DNA of 64,000 nt, taken from NCBI RefSeq assembly GCF_020745735.1, contig NC_083449.1, positions 8,158,923 through 8,222,922 on the forward strand, given 5' to 3'. Under the pieces are notes generated by a model. It worked only from the letters and a program-made list of their open reading frames with translations, had not been told where the DNA came from and searched no databases. This document shows, in pieces, positions 62,651 to 64,000 of the stretch. Source of the stretch: Hemiscyllium ocellatum (taxonomy: Eukaryota). How positions within the stretch are numbered: position 1 is the first letter of the stretch; each line of letters begins with the position of its first letter. The translations under genes were made by a program, and so were the position numbers.

Positions 62651-64000
62651 TCTTTTTTTGAAACTGTCAAGTAGGGATCCCTGACCGGATCAGATTAACA
62701 GCACCACTCATGAAGCTCAAATTCTATGAGTTCCACCTCTCTGATCTCAGGACATAACTTCCGGTTTTGCAGATACCACACAAATTGACAATGCAGTGAA
62801 CAGGGAAGAGAATCATTGCAGAAATGAGGACGACACAGACAGAAGCTGTTTACTGTCAATCTGAAGATGAATAGGCTTCACAATGTTACTAATGTTTTCT
62901 CTGTAGTGATCTGACAGGTTTTGGGTAAACTGCATGTTTTATTGCGACAGAGATTGGTCTGCAGATCGCTTTAATGAGTTACTCAAAGGAAAGCTATGCG
63001 TTCGAACAAGCAATTAAGGCAAACGTAACGAGGAACAACAACGTTACTTATGAGAAGGAAACAAGCTGCAATCTTAAGCACTTCTGGACTCAAATTCATA
63101 TTTTGAATGGAACAGCTCTAAGGAACCATCAATATTTTACATCATAGACCTGGAAGTTTGAAATTGCATTTTTGTGTATCATCCGAATAATGCATGATTA
63201 AACTCTTCCTCATTATTTCTCGTATGATCAATTTTTTTTAGAAAAATCACTCAAGCTCACAAATGCTTAACTTGGGTACGTTTTCAACTGAGGACCAGTT
63301 GGATATTCATAACAGGAAATCAATTAAATGCAGTATGATGAATATATGGATAACAATAACATGAATTTATCATTCAGGAAAATAATGTGCATCATTGAAA
63401 TAACATGAAAGGCTGACGTCGAGAAAATTGATTTTGCTTTTAAAGAAATGTGTTGAATTTTGTTGCAACACTTCAGAAACAATGCAATCAATGGAAAGTC
63501 TGTGTTTGAAGGAACAGGATTCCCATTACATTGATGTCCTTGCTCCAGATGTCTTATCCGGGTCCCAGGTTCGGAATTTCCTATCACGAATTGCTTTTGC
63601 ACATCTTAGGGCAGGGTTACATTATCATTACAGGGCCCTGATCGATTACTTAATCATTTTCTAGTACTCAGTAGTAAGTCCATTAAGCAGTTTGCACTCA
63701 TTTTGCTTAGTTCGAGACTTTGAGTATAATTGTAATTGTGTTCGTAAAACAGGACAAAGATTACTCTAACGTACGTCAGACATTTCATATAAAGGTGGAT
63801 AACAGATTTTAATTTTCCTTCTGAGCTTTTCGTAAATCGCATTAGCTTCTTACTAGTGCACCAAATGATTACTTTTTATTTTCTACAGATGATTTAGCTT
63901 CTGAATGCATTAAAACTACATAGTTTCTCAATGCATGCTGCCGTGTACTTTCTGGCTACTCAGCCTGTTTGCTTTTATATCAATTTTATTTCTGACTGCT

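Noticed and set aside
63870-63900. Strong splice-acceptor-like tactttttattttctacag near the window end
   Set aside because: No recognisable coding sequence or partner donor within the window

Overview
Repeat-dense eukaryotic genomic DNA, almost certainly from a cartilaginous fish (shark). This is inferred from the HE1/V-SINE-type tRNA SINEs, CR1 (HER1-like) LINEs with (TTCTATG)n tails and the histone sequences. There are two host loci. The first is a small replication-dependent histone cluster: intact H2B (24362-24742, +), H2A (25807-26196, +) with a mismatched 3' stem-loop, and an H4 pseudogene (27840-28142, -; stop at codon 4 plus a 9-nt deletion). No H3 or H1 is present. The second is a two-exon GPR139/GPR142-like class A GPCR on the minus strand (exon 1 60662-60728, exon 2 55070-56480). 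Its only frame-breaking lesion is a 530-bp palindromic insertion with a 13-bp target-site duplication (TSD). That insertion belongs to the most striking pattern in the window: about a dozen short, often fold-back elements carrying minimal hammerhead-ribozyme motifs (CUGAUGA-stem II-GAAA-NUH). They fall into three sequence families, have 12-15 bp TSDs, and co-occur with decayed Penelope-like RT and GIY-YIG coding remnants. The rest of the window is nested CR1 LINEs (one with an uninterrupted 786-codon 5'-truncated ORF2), Gmr1-like Gypsy remnants with SCAN-like gag, a 1.2-kb solo LTR, a 2.6-kb segmental duplication, several minisatellites, microsatellites and two N gaps. All calls were made by eye; boundaries of degraded repeats are approximate.
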